64,000 nucleotides of DNA from an uncultured Rivularia sp. (GTDB lineage Bacteria > Cyanobacteriota > Cyanobacteriia > Cyanobacteriales > Nostocaceae), in assembly GCA_963665115.1 (NCBI GenBank), contig OY762007.1, forward strand, positions 1,216,001-1,280,000, given 5' to 3'. Under the pieces are notes generated by a model. It made no database searches. It was not told the origin of the DNA and saw only the letters and a list, made by a program, of their open reading frames with translations. The stretch's first letter is position 1. The number at the start of each line of letters is the position of its first letter. Positions 46,626-57,421 of the stretch are shown piece after piece. Position numbers and translations under genes: made by a program.

Positions 46626-48848
46626 ATGGCAACTAAATTTCCTAAATTTAGCCAAGACTTGGCACAAGATCCGACAACTCGTCGCGTTTGGTATGCGATC
46701 GCAACTGCTCACGATTTTGAAAGTCACGACGAAATGACGGAGGAAAATCTTTATCAAAGGATTTTTGCTTCTCACTTTGGTCATTTGGCGATTATCTTCC
46801 TGTGGGCTTCGGGTATTCTGTTCCACGTTGCTTGGCAAGGTAACTTTGAAGTTTGGATTAAAGATCCACTCCACGTACATCCAATTGCCCACGCGATTTG
46901 GGATGCTCAATTTGGACCACCAGCGATTGAGGCTTTTACTCAAGCTGGAGCGCATAATCCCGTAGATATCTGCTACTCTGGCGTTTACCATTGGTGGTAC
47001 ACCATCGGTATGCGGGCAAATAATGAACTTTATGGTGGTTCGTTGTTTCTTTTACTACTTGCGGCTGTATTCTTATTTGCAGGATGGCTGCACCTCAAGC
47101 CGAAGTTTCGTCCGGGACTTGCTTGGTTTAAAAACAACGAATCTCGTCTAAATCATCACCTAGCTGGTTTATTCGGTATTAGCTCTTTGGCTTGGGCTGG
47201 ACATTTGATCCATGTCGCAATCCCCGAATCTCGCGGTATTCATGTTGGCTGGAATAACTTTCTAGCTGTGGCTCCACACCCCAGTGGATTGTTACCGTTT
47301 TTCACGGGTAACTGGGGTGTTTACGCACAAAATCCGGATACGGCCAATCATGTATTTAGTTCTTCTGAAGGTGCGGGGACGGCAATTCTCACCTTTTTAG
47401 GTGGCTTCCACCCGCAAACAGAATCGCTGTGGCTAACAGATATGGCGCATCACCACTTGGCGATCGCAGTGATTTTCATTGTTGCGGGTCATATGTACCG
47501 TACCAATTGGAGTATCGGTCACAGCATGAAGGAAATGCTCAATGCTAAGAACTTTTTTGGGCAGAAGGTGGAAGGGCAGTTCAATTTACCTCACCAAGGA
47601 CTGTACGATACAATCAACAACTCTTTACATTTTCAACTGTCTTTAGCGCTAGCTTGTTTGGGTGTAGCGAGTTCTTTGGTGGCACAGCATATGTATTCGA
47701 TGCCGCCTTATGCTTTCATAGCTCGCGATTTTACTACAATGTCAGCGCTTTATACCCATCACCAATACATAGCCGGATTTTTGATGGTAGGGGCATTTTC
47801 TCACGCTGCGATTTTCTGGATTAAAGACTATGACTCAGAATTGAACAAGGGTAATGTCCTAGAAAGAGTTTTGCAGCACAAAGAAGCGATTATTGCTCAC
47901 CTGAGTTGGGTATCTCTATTCCTTGGCTTTCACACTTTGGGATTGTACGTTCACAATGACGTAGAGGTTGCTTTTGGTGCAGCGGATAAACAAGTCCTAA
48001 TTGAGCCAGTATTTGCTCAGTTTATCCAGTCGGCTCACGGAAAAGTACTCTACGGATTTAACACTTTGCTGTCGAACTCCGATAGTATTGCTTCGACAGC
48101 ATGGCCGAACCACGCTAACGTTTGGCTGCCCGGTTGGCTCGATGCAGTTAACAGTGGTGCGAACTCCTTATTTTTGACAATTGGTCCTGGTGACTTTTTG
48201 GTTCACCACGCGATCGCCTTGGGCTTGCACGTTACCACCTTGGTTTTAGTTAAAGGTGCGTTGGATGCTCGTGGTTCCAAACTAATGCCAGATAAGAAAG
48301 ACTTTGGTTACTCTTTCCCTTGTGATGGTCCCGGACGTGGCGGTACCTGCGATATCTCTGCTTGGGATGCTTCTTATCTAGGTGTATTCTGGATGCTCAA
48401 TAGCCTTGGTTGGATAACATTCTACTGGCACTGGAAGCATTTAGCTATTTGGTCTGGAAATGTCGCCCAATTCAATGAAAATTCTACTTATTTGATGGGC
48501 TGGTTCCGAGACTACTTGTGGAACTATTCAGCATCACTGATTAACGGTTACAATCCTTACGGTACCAATAACCTAGCTGTTTGGACTTGGATGTTCCTCC
48601 TCGGACATTTAGCTTGGGCTGTGAGTTTCATGTTCTTAATTACTTGGCGGGGTTACTGGCAAGAGTTGATTGAAACTCTCGCTTGGGCACACGAACAAAC
48701 ACCACTATCTTTTGGTTACTGGAAAGATAAGCCTGTTGCTTTGTCTATTGTTCAGGCTCGTTTAGTTGGCTTAACTCACTTCACCGTTGGTTATATTGCC
48801 ACCTATGGGGCATTTCTAATTGCTTCGACGGCAAGTCGATTTGGTTGA
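46626..48848 (+). CDS. psaB2: Photosystem I PsaB, far-red paralog
   Basis: [38 protein letters not shown], 740 aa. Confidence 0.95.
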   Translation: MATKFPKFSQDLAQDPTTRRVWYAIATAHDFESHDEMTEENLYQRIFASHFGHLAIIFLWASGILFHVAWQGNFEVWIKDPLHVHPIAHAIWDAQFGPPAIEAFTQAGAHNPVDICYSGVYHWWYTIGMRANNELYGGSLFLLLLAAVFLFAGWLHLKPKFRPGLAWFKNNESRLNHHLAGLFGISSLAWAGHLIHVAIPESRGIHVGWNNFLAVAPHPSGLLPFFTGNWGVYAQNPDTANHVFSSSEGAGTAILTFLGGFHPQTESLWLTDMAHHHLAIAVIFIVAGHMYRTNWSIGHSMKEMLNAKNFFGQKVEGQFNLPHQGLYDTINNSLHFQLSLALACLGVASSLVAQHMYSMPPYAFIARDFTTMSALYTHHQYIAGFLMVGAFSHAAIFWIKDYDSELNKGNVLERVLQHKEAIIAHLSWVSLFLGFHTLGLYVHNDVEVAFGAADKQVLIEPVFAQFIQSAHGKVLYGFNTLLSNSDSIASTAWPNHANVWLPGWLDAVNSGANSLFLTIGPGDFLVHHAIALGLHVTTLVLVKGALDARGSKLMPDKKDFGYSFPCDGPGRGGTCDISAWDASYLGVFWMLNSLGWITFYWHWKHLAIWSGNVAQFNENSTYLMGWFRDYLWNYSASLINGYNPYGTNNLAVWTWMFLLGHLAWAVSFMFLITWRGYWQELIETLAWAHEQTPLSFGYWKDKPVALSIVQARLVGLTHFTVGYIATYGAFLIASTASRFG

Positions 48849-49140
48849 CGATTTTCACAATATGTAAAGACGTAGCAATGCTACGTCTCTGCATTCAATA
48901 AAAAAACCTATTTTTTACTACTATTATTAAAGCTGAGAAAACTTATTTTTGAGCTTTACAAATTTGTCATTCGACCTCCTCTGACATGAGAGCCAAAGCC
49001 TATTTGTTAGAGGTTTTTTTTATGCTTAATTAATTGAAAAAGTATTGATTTTTGTGACAATTAAATATAAAAAAGTACATTCATTTATAAAATTAAGATA
49101 AGAGGATTTTCATAAGTAATAAAATAAAGAATAGGGAACT

Positions 49141-49653
49141 ATGGCTAATACCGATACAGAAATTATAAAACCATATCAAGGCAACCCCTTTGTTGCAAAT
49201 TTATCTACACCTATCAACGATTCTCCCCTAGCAAAAGCCTTTATTAATAATTTACCTGCTTATCGTCAAGGCTTAACTCCTTTTATGCGAGGTTTAGAAA
49301 TTGGTATGGCTCACGGTTACTTTCTAGTAGGACCAGAAGTTGTAGTTGGACCACTCCGAGAAACTGCACATGGGGCTAATTTAAGTGGATTAATTACCGC
49401 TATTTTTATCACTGTATCAGCCTGTTTGGGCATATCTATTTTTGCCTTGGCTACTTTTCAAGGAAATCCTCGCGGGGCTTATAACTCCTACTGCAAAGAT
49501 CCTTTAAGACCATTGCGAACTCGTGAAGAATGGAATCAACTTAATGGGGGAATATTTATTGGTTCAATGGGTGGAGCCGTGTTTGCTTACTTGCTATTAG
49601 AAAATTTTGATGCTTTAGATGCCATGCTTCGCGGTGCAGTTAATGTTGGCTGA
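49141..49653 (+). CDS. psaL2: Photosystem I subunit XI, far-red paralog
   Basis: LSTPINDS, NNLPAYR, GLEIGMAHGYFLVGP. Confidence 0.92.
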   Translation: MANTDTEIIKPYQGNPFVANLSTPINDSPLAKAFINNLPAYRQGLTPFMRGLEIGMAHGYFLVGPEVVVGPLRETAHGANLSGLITAIFITVSACLGISIFALATFQGNPRGAYNSYCKDPLRPLRTREEWNQLNGGIFIGSMGGAVFAYLLLENFDALDAMLRGAVNVG

Positions 49654-49716
49654 TGTTTGATTTTTGGGCTTAAATTTTCAATAGCTATTTACTTCTATCT
49701 AAGCAGGAGAATAATC

Positions 49717-49914
49717 ATGGTAGATATCACACAACTGACAGGAGAATATGCGGCTTCCTGGTTGCCTTGGATAATGATTCCTTTAATTTTTTATATCCTA
49801 CCTTTCCCCATTTTCGCTATCCTTTTTCTTTGGATTGAAAAAGAAGATATTGAAGAAGAAAGAACGGATATTCCAGTAAATCAAATGATGGGTAATGTCA
49901 CAAATATGGACTAA
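49717..49914 (+). CDS. psaI2: Photosystem I subunit VIII, far-red paralog
   Basis: ATG after AGGAG; MVDITQLTGEYAASWLPWIMIPLIFYILPFPIFAILFLWIEKE. Confidence 0.9.
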   Translation: MVDITQLTGEYAASWLPWIMIPLIFYILPFPIFAILFLWIEKEDIEEERTDIPVNQMMGNVTNMD

Positions 49915-50156
49915 TTTTTCAAGTTTTATTGATTGGCAGTGAGTGTGTGACAAGTAATAATTAGTAAGTAAAAAGTAATAAGTAACACCTCTCCCGCTAA
50001 TGGTAGAGGATTCAAGTAATAAATGCAGGTTTTTATTCGTCTTTAAAAGACGAGGCTTTGTACCATACTTCGGGCAATATTTATTACTTTTTACTTCTTA
50101 CTTCTTACTTAAGCCCGAAGGGCTTTGGTCAAAGCTGGCAATGATAAAGTAATGCT

Positions 50157-51197
50157 TTGTCGATCGCCGTAATTTCTATGTCCCTTTTATCGCTCCCCCA
50201 ATCGCTTCATCCAGATTTACCCCTCACTGCTCTTGCGCCGATGCAGGATGTAACAAACCTCTGGTTTATGAAGATTATTGCCGATTACGGCAGCCCTGAC
50301 TACTTTTTTACCGAATATTTTCGCGTGCGGGATGATTCGCGGCTCAATCCAAAAATTCTGGCTTCAATCACCGAAAATGATACCAATCGCCCCGTTTTTG
50401 CTCAAATGATTGGCGAAAGTATCCCAGATTTAGTCAGAACAGCGCGAGAACTTTGTCGCTACAATATTGCTGGAATTGACTTGAATCTAGGTTGTCCGGC
50501 ACCTAGAGTTTATCGTAAAAATGTTGGCGGTGGATTGCTGCGAGAACCGGAAAAAGTGGATCGGATTTTAGCAGAATTGCGTTCAGCTGTGAACGATCGC
50601 CCTTTAACAGTTAAGATGCGCGTCGGTTTTGACAACACAGATAATTTTTACCCGATTTTAGATACGATTAATCGCCACAGCATTGATTTACTGAGTTTGC
50701 ACGGCCGCACGGTGAAAGAGATGTACCACGGTGAAGTAAAATACGATTTGATTGCTCAAGCAGTCAAAAGGGTGGATTGTCCGGTGCTTGCAAATGGTAA
50801 TATCAACTCAGCTGCAACTGCCCTCAAAGTGCTTTCTCAAACTGGTGCGGCAGGTGTGATGGTGGGACGCTGGGCGATCGCCAATCCTTGGATTTTTAAT
50901 CAAATTCGGCAGGCATTGCAGTTTGAGCCGATTTCGCCGGTTCCCTTGGTTGAAGTACGTAAATATATAGATAGTTTACGGCAAACCCCCGAAGCAATAA
51001 AAACACCGGAGCGAGCGCGTGCGGGACACCTTAAAATGTACCTCAACTACATCGCACTCTTAGTTGACACCGAAGGTCATTTTCTGCGGCTAATGCGAAA
51101 GACACAAACCGAGGTAGAACTGCTTAAACTTTGCGATCGGGTTCTCCTTGCCGATAGTAACCAAAACTTAGCCCTAGCACCTTACTCAAGCAATTAA
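50157..51197 (+). CDS. tRNA-dihydrouridine synthase family protein
   Basis: LAPMQDVT, IDLNLGCP, TVKMRVG, HGRT, ANGNI, GVMVGR. Confidence 0.9.
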   Translation: MSIAVISMSLLSLPQSLHPDLPLTALAPMQDVTNLWFMKIIADYGSPDYFFTEYFRVRDDSRLNPKILASITENDTNRPVFAQMIGESIPDLVRTARELCRYNIAGIDLNLGCPAPRVYRKNVGGGLLREPEKVDRILAELRSAVNDRPLTVKMRVGFDNTDNFYPILDTINRHSIDLLSLHGRTVKEMYHGEVKYDLIAQAVKRVDCPVLANGNINSAATALKVLSQTGAAGVMVGRWAIANPWIFNQIRQALQFEPISPVPLVEVRKYIDSLRQTPEAIKTPERARAGHLKMYLNYIALLVDTEGHFLRLMRKTQTEVELLKLCDRVLLADSNQNLALAPYSSN

Positions 51198-51353
51198 TTT
51201 GTTACGTGCAAGCAATCCGATGTTAATTAAATATTCGTTAAAAAGCTTTGCTGGTTTGCAGTAGATAGAATCTTAGTTTTTTCAAAGCTGGGAGATGTCA
51301 AAAACCGATAAAATACTTATATAAATAATACTGAATAAAAAAATACAAAGGGA

Positions 51354-51767
51354 TTGAAGCACGTAGTGGAAAAATTAAAAAGTTTGTTGTCATTGACTCT
51401 TGATGAACTTACAGAATACAGCACCGATGCTCGTAAAATAGAAAAATTGCGACGGAAGATTTGTTTAGCCGTACCAATGGCAGAACAAAGAAAGGTAAAA
51501 GAAGAATTATTGACGCAGATGCCTGCTGGTGAAATAAATAAAATTATCGAAGAACAACGGCAAACAGTAGCTTTACCGTTTTGGGGAATTGGTGGTTTAG
51601 GTTTGTTGCTTGGAATTTCACTTCATCAACCCATCGGCTTGTTAGCTGCAATCGGCGGTACTTTTGCTGCCATTAAAATTCAGAAATTAGGTTGGGAAAT
51701 GCAAGCCAAGCGACTTTTACTGCAAACACTTGAAGATATTGAAGTTCGTTCTAAGCAACCGAATTAA
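51354..51767 (+). CDS. Hypothetical membrane protein
   Basis: 137-aa ORF with two hydrophobic helices. Confidence 0.65.
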   Translation: MKHVVEKLKSLLSLTLDELTEYSTDARKIEKLRRKICLAVPMAEQRKVKEELLTQMPAGEINKIIEEQRQTVALPFWGIGGLGLLLGISLHQPIGLLAAIGGTFAAIKIQKLGWEMQAKRLLLQTLEDIEVRSKQPN

Positions 51768-51880
51768 AATGCATCTTCTATAGTTTGAGCAGAAAATAGA
51801 TGTCGCCAAACCTGCGGAATAATGCTTTCACGATTAGAAACCGGGAATCTAGCTATTGGTACAAGATGTGCATTTTAACT

Positions 51881-52145
51881 TACATCTTGCACCAGTTGTA
51901 ATAACTGCCTTGGAATTTATTCCAAGGCTTATACACAAAGTCCGATCAATCAGACTGAGCAAAGATTCCAGTAGGTTTTAATGTACTATGGCGTTCCACT
52001 ACGCCCTCGCCGCACCTGCGGTGAACGCTAACGTATATTAGCCGCATCAATTGATTTCTCTACGTTCACGCGGAGCGTGCGGGCTAGAAAGCCTCCGGCT
52101 TACAAGGTGGTTGTGAAGGCTGAACGAAAATGGTGCAATATGTCA
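51881..52145. repeat. MITE-like element with nested inserts
   Basis: TACATCTTGCACCA ... TGGTGCAATATGT; internal similarity to 5576-5748. Confidence 0.6.
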
Positions 52146-52315
52146 GTTTTAACGTACTTGCTTTGTTAGCCTGGGAATTGATTTGGAGGCGGATTTAAAG
52201 CTAGTGGATAATGTTGAAAATGTCATGTTTTACATTTTGTACCATTATCAAAACCGCCGGGTAATCTAATTTAAATACCTACGCAATGTTACTTCTAAGA
52301 GGATGTTTTAAAAGT

Positions 52316-52597
52316 CTAATTTAATACTTTACTTGTTGCTGAATCACATATGCCCCCAATATATGATGTGTTTTTTAATGTACATAGTGGCTCGTTAGGA
52401 TTACATTTATCAATCTCGTCTTCCAAAAACTTGAGATTAGATACCGCAGAGTTTAGAAACTGTCGAACTTCAAACTCCTTATTATCTTTGGAGATCAAAT
52501 TGGGGACAATTGCAGATCCGATCGCCCCAAGCATTCCCAATAAAGCAACCACAACTGGAATGGTATTTTGACCCGATTTGTTGCCTTTTGAACTCAT
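52316..52597 (-). CDS. Hypothetical protein, probable second cassette gene (possibly truncated)
   Basis: Begins 48 bp after the GTTAGAC core site; N-terminal TM helix. Confidence 0.5.
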   Translation of the reverse strand: MSSKGNKSGQNTIPVVVALLGMLGAIGSAIVPNLISKDNKEFEVRQFLNSAVSNLKFLEDEIDKCNPNEPLCTLKNTSYIGGICDSATSKVLN

Positions 52598-52644
52598 GAC
52601 TGATGTACTGGATTGATTTTATCTTCACTGTTATGACCGAAGCG

Positions 52645-52717
52645 GTCTAACGCTTCGCATCAGCGGTAGACAAAGCGCGTAGCGGTTTGGCGATCCGGCT
52701 GCATACGCTTGTTATAT
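52645..52717 (-). other. Integron attC-like recombination site (73 bp)
   Basis: Minus strand: ATATAAC-AAGCGTATGCAGCCGG...CCGCTGATGCGAAGC-GTTAGAC. R'' overlaps the methyltransferase stop codon; R' matches GTTRRRY. Confidence 0.8.
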
Positions 52718-53359
52718 TTTGTGTAATTTCTTTGCTGCAACAAAATAGCTAGATGCTCCTTTGAATATTTCTTCGGACTCAATGGCCTCGAGTTCCCCTT
52801 TTGCTAACAAAATGTCTATGTCACTACTTTTTATTCTTCTAATTGGAATGGGAATTACTCCAAACTTACACAATATCCGAACCAGCTGTATCTGGAGATT
52901 AACTAAAAATGACATCTTTTGCCCTAAGCAAGGCGTTACAGAAATAAATATGCCGTCAGGCTTTAACAGGTCATTTATTCGATACACAACATTTTGCGGA
53001 TTGGGTACTGTGTGCAACATGTTGAAAGCTAGAATCATATCAAATGATTCATTTTGAAATTTATCTTCAAATAAGTCCGCCTTTTCGAAGTGTACATTAT
53101 CAATTTTACTAACAACTGCTTTCTCTTTTGCTATCCGAATCATCTCAGATGAGATATCGATACCTTGTATTTCTTTCACCTGACTGGAAAACTCACAGGA
53201 TGCTGTGCCGGTTCCGCATCCATAATCCATAACGATATAACTATCTTTGAGGTGCTTTTTGGTGTTCTCCCTTGCCTTTTTATGGATGTATTCAAAACGC
53301 TTTTCTGTCTTGTCATAATTTTTTGAAGCCTTATTCCAAAAATCTTCCGACTTATTCAT
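52712..53359 (-). CDS. Class I SAM-dependent methyltransferase (gene cassette)
   Basis: VMDYGCGTG, GIDISSEMI, LLKPDGIFISVTPC; AAGGAG RBS; only ~20 bp of leader after a GTTATGT core site. Confidence 0.9.
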   Translation of the reverse strand: MNKSEDFWNKASKNYDKTEKRFEYIHKKARENTKKHLKDSYIVMDYGCGTGTASCEFSSQVKEIQGIDISSEMIRIAKEKAVVSKIDNVHFEKADLFEDKFQNESFDMILAFNMLHTVPNPQNVVYRINDLLKPDGIFISVTPCLGQKMSFLVNLQIQLVRILCKFGVIPIPIRRIKSSDIDILLAKGELEAIESEEIFKGASSYFVAAKKLHKI

Positions 53360-53379
53360 TGTTTATAGCTCCTTGAAAA

Positions 53380-53479
53380 ACATAACGCTCAGCTAAATGG
53401 CGAAGTAATGTTGGCGACTTTTGTGCGTTTCTTTGCACAAAAGGTGCCAATATTACAAAGAGCGAAGTTAATCCAAACT
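53380..53479 (-). other. Truncated attC-like site
   Basis: R' GTTATGT (53380-53386), L'-like TTTAGCT and a long inner hairpin (53405-53456). The R''/L'' arm is absent, replaced by the CRISPR repeat. Confidence 0.6.
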
Positions 53480-53656
53480 CCCCACCGATTGGGTTAATTC
53501 GGATTAGTTGGAAACGCCCCCGGTTGTGACTCCACCTGTACCTCCAACCCCCACCGATTGGGTTAATTCGGATTAGTTGGAAACCCTTATGTATCCAGTT
53601 TACAGCAATGTTCACTTCTTCCCCACCGATTGGGTTAATTCGGATTAGTCGAAAAC
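53480..53656 (+). CRISPR. Orphan mini CRISPR array: 3 repeats, 2 spacers
   Basis: 36-bp repeat CCCCACCGATTGGGTTAATTCGGATTAGTTGGAAAC at 53480, 53549 and 53621 (last degenerate, ending TCGAAAAC). Spacers are 33 and 36 bp. No cas genes in the window. Confidence 0.88.
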
Positions 53657-53711
53657 TTGTAGAGACGTAGCACTGCTACGTCTCCCAACCCGTTGAAAAA
53701 AAACTCGTCAA

Positions 53712-56507
53712 TTAAAGCCAATTCCCAACTAAGACATAAGGTGCCCAAATCAACGGCGGTTCACTATTCTTTAAAAGTTTAATTTGGGCTTGCTGTAAAG
53801 CTTTTGCTTTGTTCGATTTATGCTGTTGTAATTCTCGGTAAAATTGACTCATCAATTGAGCAGTAGATTTATCTTCAACAGCCCATAAGCTAGCTAAAGT
53901 ACTCCTGGCACCCGCACTAATAGCAATCCCAGAAAGCCCTAAAGTTGCTCTTTTATCTCCATTAGCGGTTTCGCAAGCACTAAGTACTAATAACTCAATA
54001 GCTTGAGAATCTGCATTTTTATTAATCTGAAATAATTTATCGAAGTCTTCAAGTTTTAATAGTTTGTTCCACGTCAAAATATAGGTTTCTTCTGAGTTTG
54101 AACTAAAATTACCGTGGGTAGCAATATGAACTATGGTATATTTGGCTGAATCAATTTGCTTTTCTAAGTTGACATCGGTGAAGGATCGATCGATCAGTTT
54201 TTTACTTTTAGGTATTTGTAACCTAATTGTATCCAACTCAAGCTGCACGTTATTGAGAGGATTAAATTCTTGATTATTAATTATTCGCTTTTCGGTGACT
54301 CCAGCCATCAGAATATTTAATTCTTTTCTTTTTAACGGTTTTGGCTCCAGCATTTGCAAACCTGGAGTTAAAACAATGGCATATTTTTCGATTAAATATT
54401 TTGGCTGTTTTTCTTGCGCTTTACTATCGTATAATACCGCCATTGGAATATTTCTTAAGTTGCCATCTAAGACAAATACCAATGTTTCTATTTTGTTTTG
54501 TTCTAAATCAGCTTCTAATGGTTGAATTAACCAACTATATATCTTTCCAGAGATTTGATTTACTTTCTTAATTTGTTCTGGTTGTCTGAGACTGTATTGT
54601 AGTTTTTCTAAGGTGTTTTCAAGTTCATTCGCTTTAAGAAAAGTGGTGTAACGATTAAATTTATCTTGATTGGGAAGTTTGAGAATTATTTCGAGACGGT
54701 TTTGTAAAATAATTGGGTAAATAACTGCTGCTGCGGTATCAGTGTTATCAACTACTGTATCAATAATTTCAGGTTTAGCCTGCAAGCAAACTTCCTGAAA
54801 GTAATTTTCTATTTCCCTTAATTGTAGAGCTTCAATCACATCGCGGGCTTTTTTTAAGTTGTTGCTAACTAAGTTTTGTTTACTCAAACTTTTTGTAGTT
54901 ACATTCTGAGATGGTGACTGTAAAAGTAAATCAACGAGTTGTCTATAAACTGGCTCTACTTTATCTCGAAATGAATATTGTATATCTGAATTGAGTACGA
55001 GCAAATCACCACGCAAATCGTTTAAATTCTCTACCGCTTGAGAATAATATTCTATTGCTGAGGTAGTGTTTTGTTCAAGTTTGAATATATATCCTAATTG
55101 CCATTGCCAAAGATAAGCTATATCTTGAGCTTCTATTCTCAAGGCTAAGTCAACAGCTTTTTTAGTTAGTTTACCAGCGGAATTCAAATTTTGGGTTTGT
55201 AAGTATACGCTACCAAGAGTACCCATTGCATAAGATTGCAATCTTGTATCTTCCAAGGTTTCCGCTTGTTTAATCGATAAAGCTAAAATTTTGGCTATCT
55301 TTTCCCATTCCGGTACATTGCTCGGACTTACTTGTTTTAATAATAATAGATTTTGTGCTAAATTAATCCGAGCCTTAAGTGATGTGTTAGATACGGGCAA
55401 TGTATTGATAGTTGGTTGCAATTCAGAGAATAATTTGCCAGCTTTGGAAAATTCTTCAAGTTCTATTAATACACTAAATTTATTTAATTGGGCTTTAACT
55501 TTGATTGCGGGTGATGTCGATACAGCTACAGTTTTATCGTAGTTTTCTAAGGCTTGCTGATATAATTTTCTTGTTTCTTCAGATATCGGTTTACTCACAT
55601 AAACTAACGGCGAAGTTTGCTCAAATATTGTTGCGTTTTGTAAAAGCGACTGCTCTTTATTTCCCTTTGCACGTTGAGCGTTACCCAAACTCAGCAAAGT
55701 TTGAGCGATTTGAGGATTAGATTTAATTTCTTGAGCGGTTTGATAGCTTTGCTGTAAAATTTTTAAGGAGGCTTCAATTTCCCCTAAATGTAATTGAACG
55801 TCACCAAAACTGCGTAATGCTGTTACTTTAAGAACGGAGGCTGGCTGTTGATTTAATTCGGGAAGCACTTGTTCTAAAGTTTTCAGAGCTAGGTGATAAC
55901 GTCCTAAAGCTTGTAATGCCAGACTTTGATTGATTAAACTCCGAATTTTTGCATTATTGAAATCACCTCGTTCGTAGATAGCAGTAGCTTTTTTCCAGTT
56001 TTCTAGAGCTAATAAGGGTTTTCCTAACGTTAACTGGATGTTAGCTTGAATATCTAAAACTTGAGCAAATACTTTTAATCTTTCCTTGTCATCATCAATA
56101 TTTAATTTATTTTCTAATAATTGACGGCTTTGGATAATGTACTTCAGAGCTTGCTGATATTCACTAATTTGCTTGTAAGCGTTGGAAATATTGCTGAGTG
56201 CGATCGCCTGTTTAATTGGATTACTTTGATTTTGAAAAGTTAGCGCTGCTTGCTCTAAAATAGATATCGCTTCTGAAAACCTTTGTGCATCATAAAGTTT
56301 TTTACCTTTTTCCAATAAATCTTCTGTATTTATCTGATTTTGACTAATTTGAGCCAGATAAGCTGGATTAAAATTACTTTGTGTGAAATTATTTTGAGCA
56401 TCAGCTTTCGGTAGCGAAACAGGAATTAAAATTGATTCGCAAACAAAAGTGAATATACCTGCTAAAACAAATAAAATTATTTTTGAAAGCCATCTTTTAT
56501 ATTGCAT
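53712..56507 (-). CDS. TPR + CHAT domain protein
   Basis: Signal peptide, TPRs, HIATHGNFS, LSACETA, WAPYVLVGNWL. Confidence 0.9.
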   Translation of the reverse strand: MQYKRWLSKIILFVLAGIFTFVCESILIPVSLPKADAQNNFTQSNFNPAYLAQISQNQINTEDLLEKGKKLYDAQRFSEAISILEQAALTFQNQSNPIKQAIALSNISNAYKQISEYQQALKYIIQSRQLLENKLNIDDDKERLKVFAQVLDIQANIQLTLGKPLLALENWKKATAIYERGDFNNAKIRSLINQSLALQALGRYHLALKTLEQVLPELNQQPASVLKVTALRSFGDVQLHLGEIEASLKILQQSYQTAQEIKSNPQIAQTLLSLGNAQRAKGNKEQSLLQNATIFEQTSPLVYVSKPISEETRKLYQQALENYDKTVAVSTSPAIKVKAQLNKFSVLIELEEFSKAGKLFSELQPTINTLPVSNTSLKARINLAQNLLLLKQVSPSNVPEWEKIAKILALSIKQAETLEDTRLQSYAMGTLGSVYLQTQNLNSAGKLTKKAVDLALRIEAQDIAYLWQWQLGYIFKLEQNTTSAIEYYSQAVENLNDLRGDLLVLNSDIQYSFRDKVEPVYRQLVDLLLQSPSQNVTTKSLSKQNLVSNNLKKARDVIEALQLREIENYFQEVCLQAKPEIIDTVVDNTDTAAAVIYPIILQNRLEIILKLPNQDKFNRYTTFLKANELENTLEKLQYSLRQPEQIKKVNQISGKIYSWLIQPLEADLEQNKIETLVFVLDGNLRNIPMAVLYDSKAQEKQPKYLIEKYAIVLTPGLQMLEPKPLKRKELNILMAGVTEKRIINNQEFNPLNNVQLELDTIRLQIPKSKKLIDRSFTDVNLEKQIDSAKYTIVHIATHGNFSSNSEETYILTWNKLLKLEDFDKLFQINKNADSQAIELLVLSACETANGDKRATLGLSGIAISAGARSTLASLWAVEDKSTAQLMSQFYRELQQHKSNKAKALQQAQIKLLKNSEPPLIWAPYVLVGNWL

Positions 56508-56707
56508 ATTTTTTTACTGAACAACACTTAAATTATTAAAATTGTATTGCTAAAATTTGCACGCTTTCATATTGCTTGAGACGTAGTAATGCTACGTCTC
56601 TACATTTGATATTATGTTTACCGCAAAATTAATTGGCTTGACTCACCGAAGCAACTTGAGATTTTTGCTTTATTGTTTCAATTTATTTAAATACTATTTA
56701 GCATAGC

Positions 56708-56926
56708 TTAAAAACGTCTGTGGGGACAAAAGATAGTAAAATAAATCGATGGTTCAACCCAATCTGTGATATGAATGTATTCATTTTCATCTATAAATCT
56801 ATCCGTTTCAGGTGATTCTAGAAATTGAATATTATTAGTTGTCTCTCGCTCAAGAAGATGTTTGAACCCAGTTAAACGATTTAACCTGGACAATATATAA
56901 GAGAAAGGATTTTGTAAATATTTCAT
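56708..56926 (-). CDS. Small hypothetical protein
   Basis: 72-aa ORF preceded by the CTGCATAA-N17-CTAT motif. Confidence 0.55.
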   Translation of the reverse strand: MKYLQNPFSYILSRLNRLTGFKHLLERETTNNIQFLESPETDRFIDENEYIHITDWVEPSIYFTIFCPHRRF

Positions 56927-57421
56927 AATGAGTGTTTATATCTAACGCTTAAAGTTTGACTACGAATATATAGGAGCCAGTTCGATCTAATTATGCAGTT
57001 TGGATCGAAATGCTAATAATTAACTTTCTAACAATCGGTATATCACGAACTGTACTTATTAATTGCGATTAGGAACTTGATTACAAATCTTAATGAATAA
57101 ATGTTAATAAAACAGATAATTTTTGGATAATCTGCATAAATTAGCAAAAGCTTCCCCTATAGGATAAATAGAATAAACTCGCACCTTTTAACGGGAGGTA
57201 GAAGTCAAAAAAATTTATGCATTATCAATTAAAAATTCAAAATTACCATTACCTAAAGTTTGAGGCTTGAAGCAAGGAATATGCTTTTATCTTTTTCTCC
57301 TCAATTAAACAATTAAAAAATAATTATTTTTTAATTTTTAATGCGGGCATTTTTAATTTTGAATTAAAAAAATGGTCAAATGCACCATATTATGTACTGA
57401 AGAATAAAAATTAACTTCCGA

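Noticed and set aside
52146..52175. GGCTAAC...GTTAAAA on the minus strand as a third attC
   Set aside because: Too short, lacks L boxes and resembles the interior of the MITE-like family at 5660-5712.
53352..53615. 87-aa ORF with repeated FQLIRINPIGG
   Set aside because: It is the reverse translation of the CRISPR repeats and attC hairpin.
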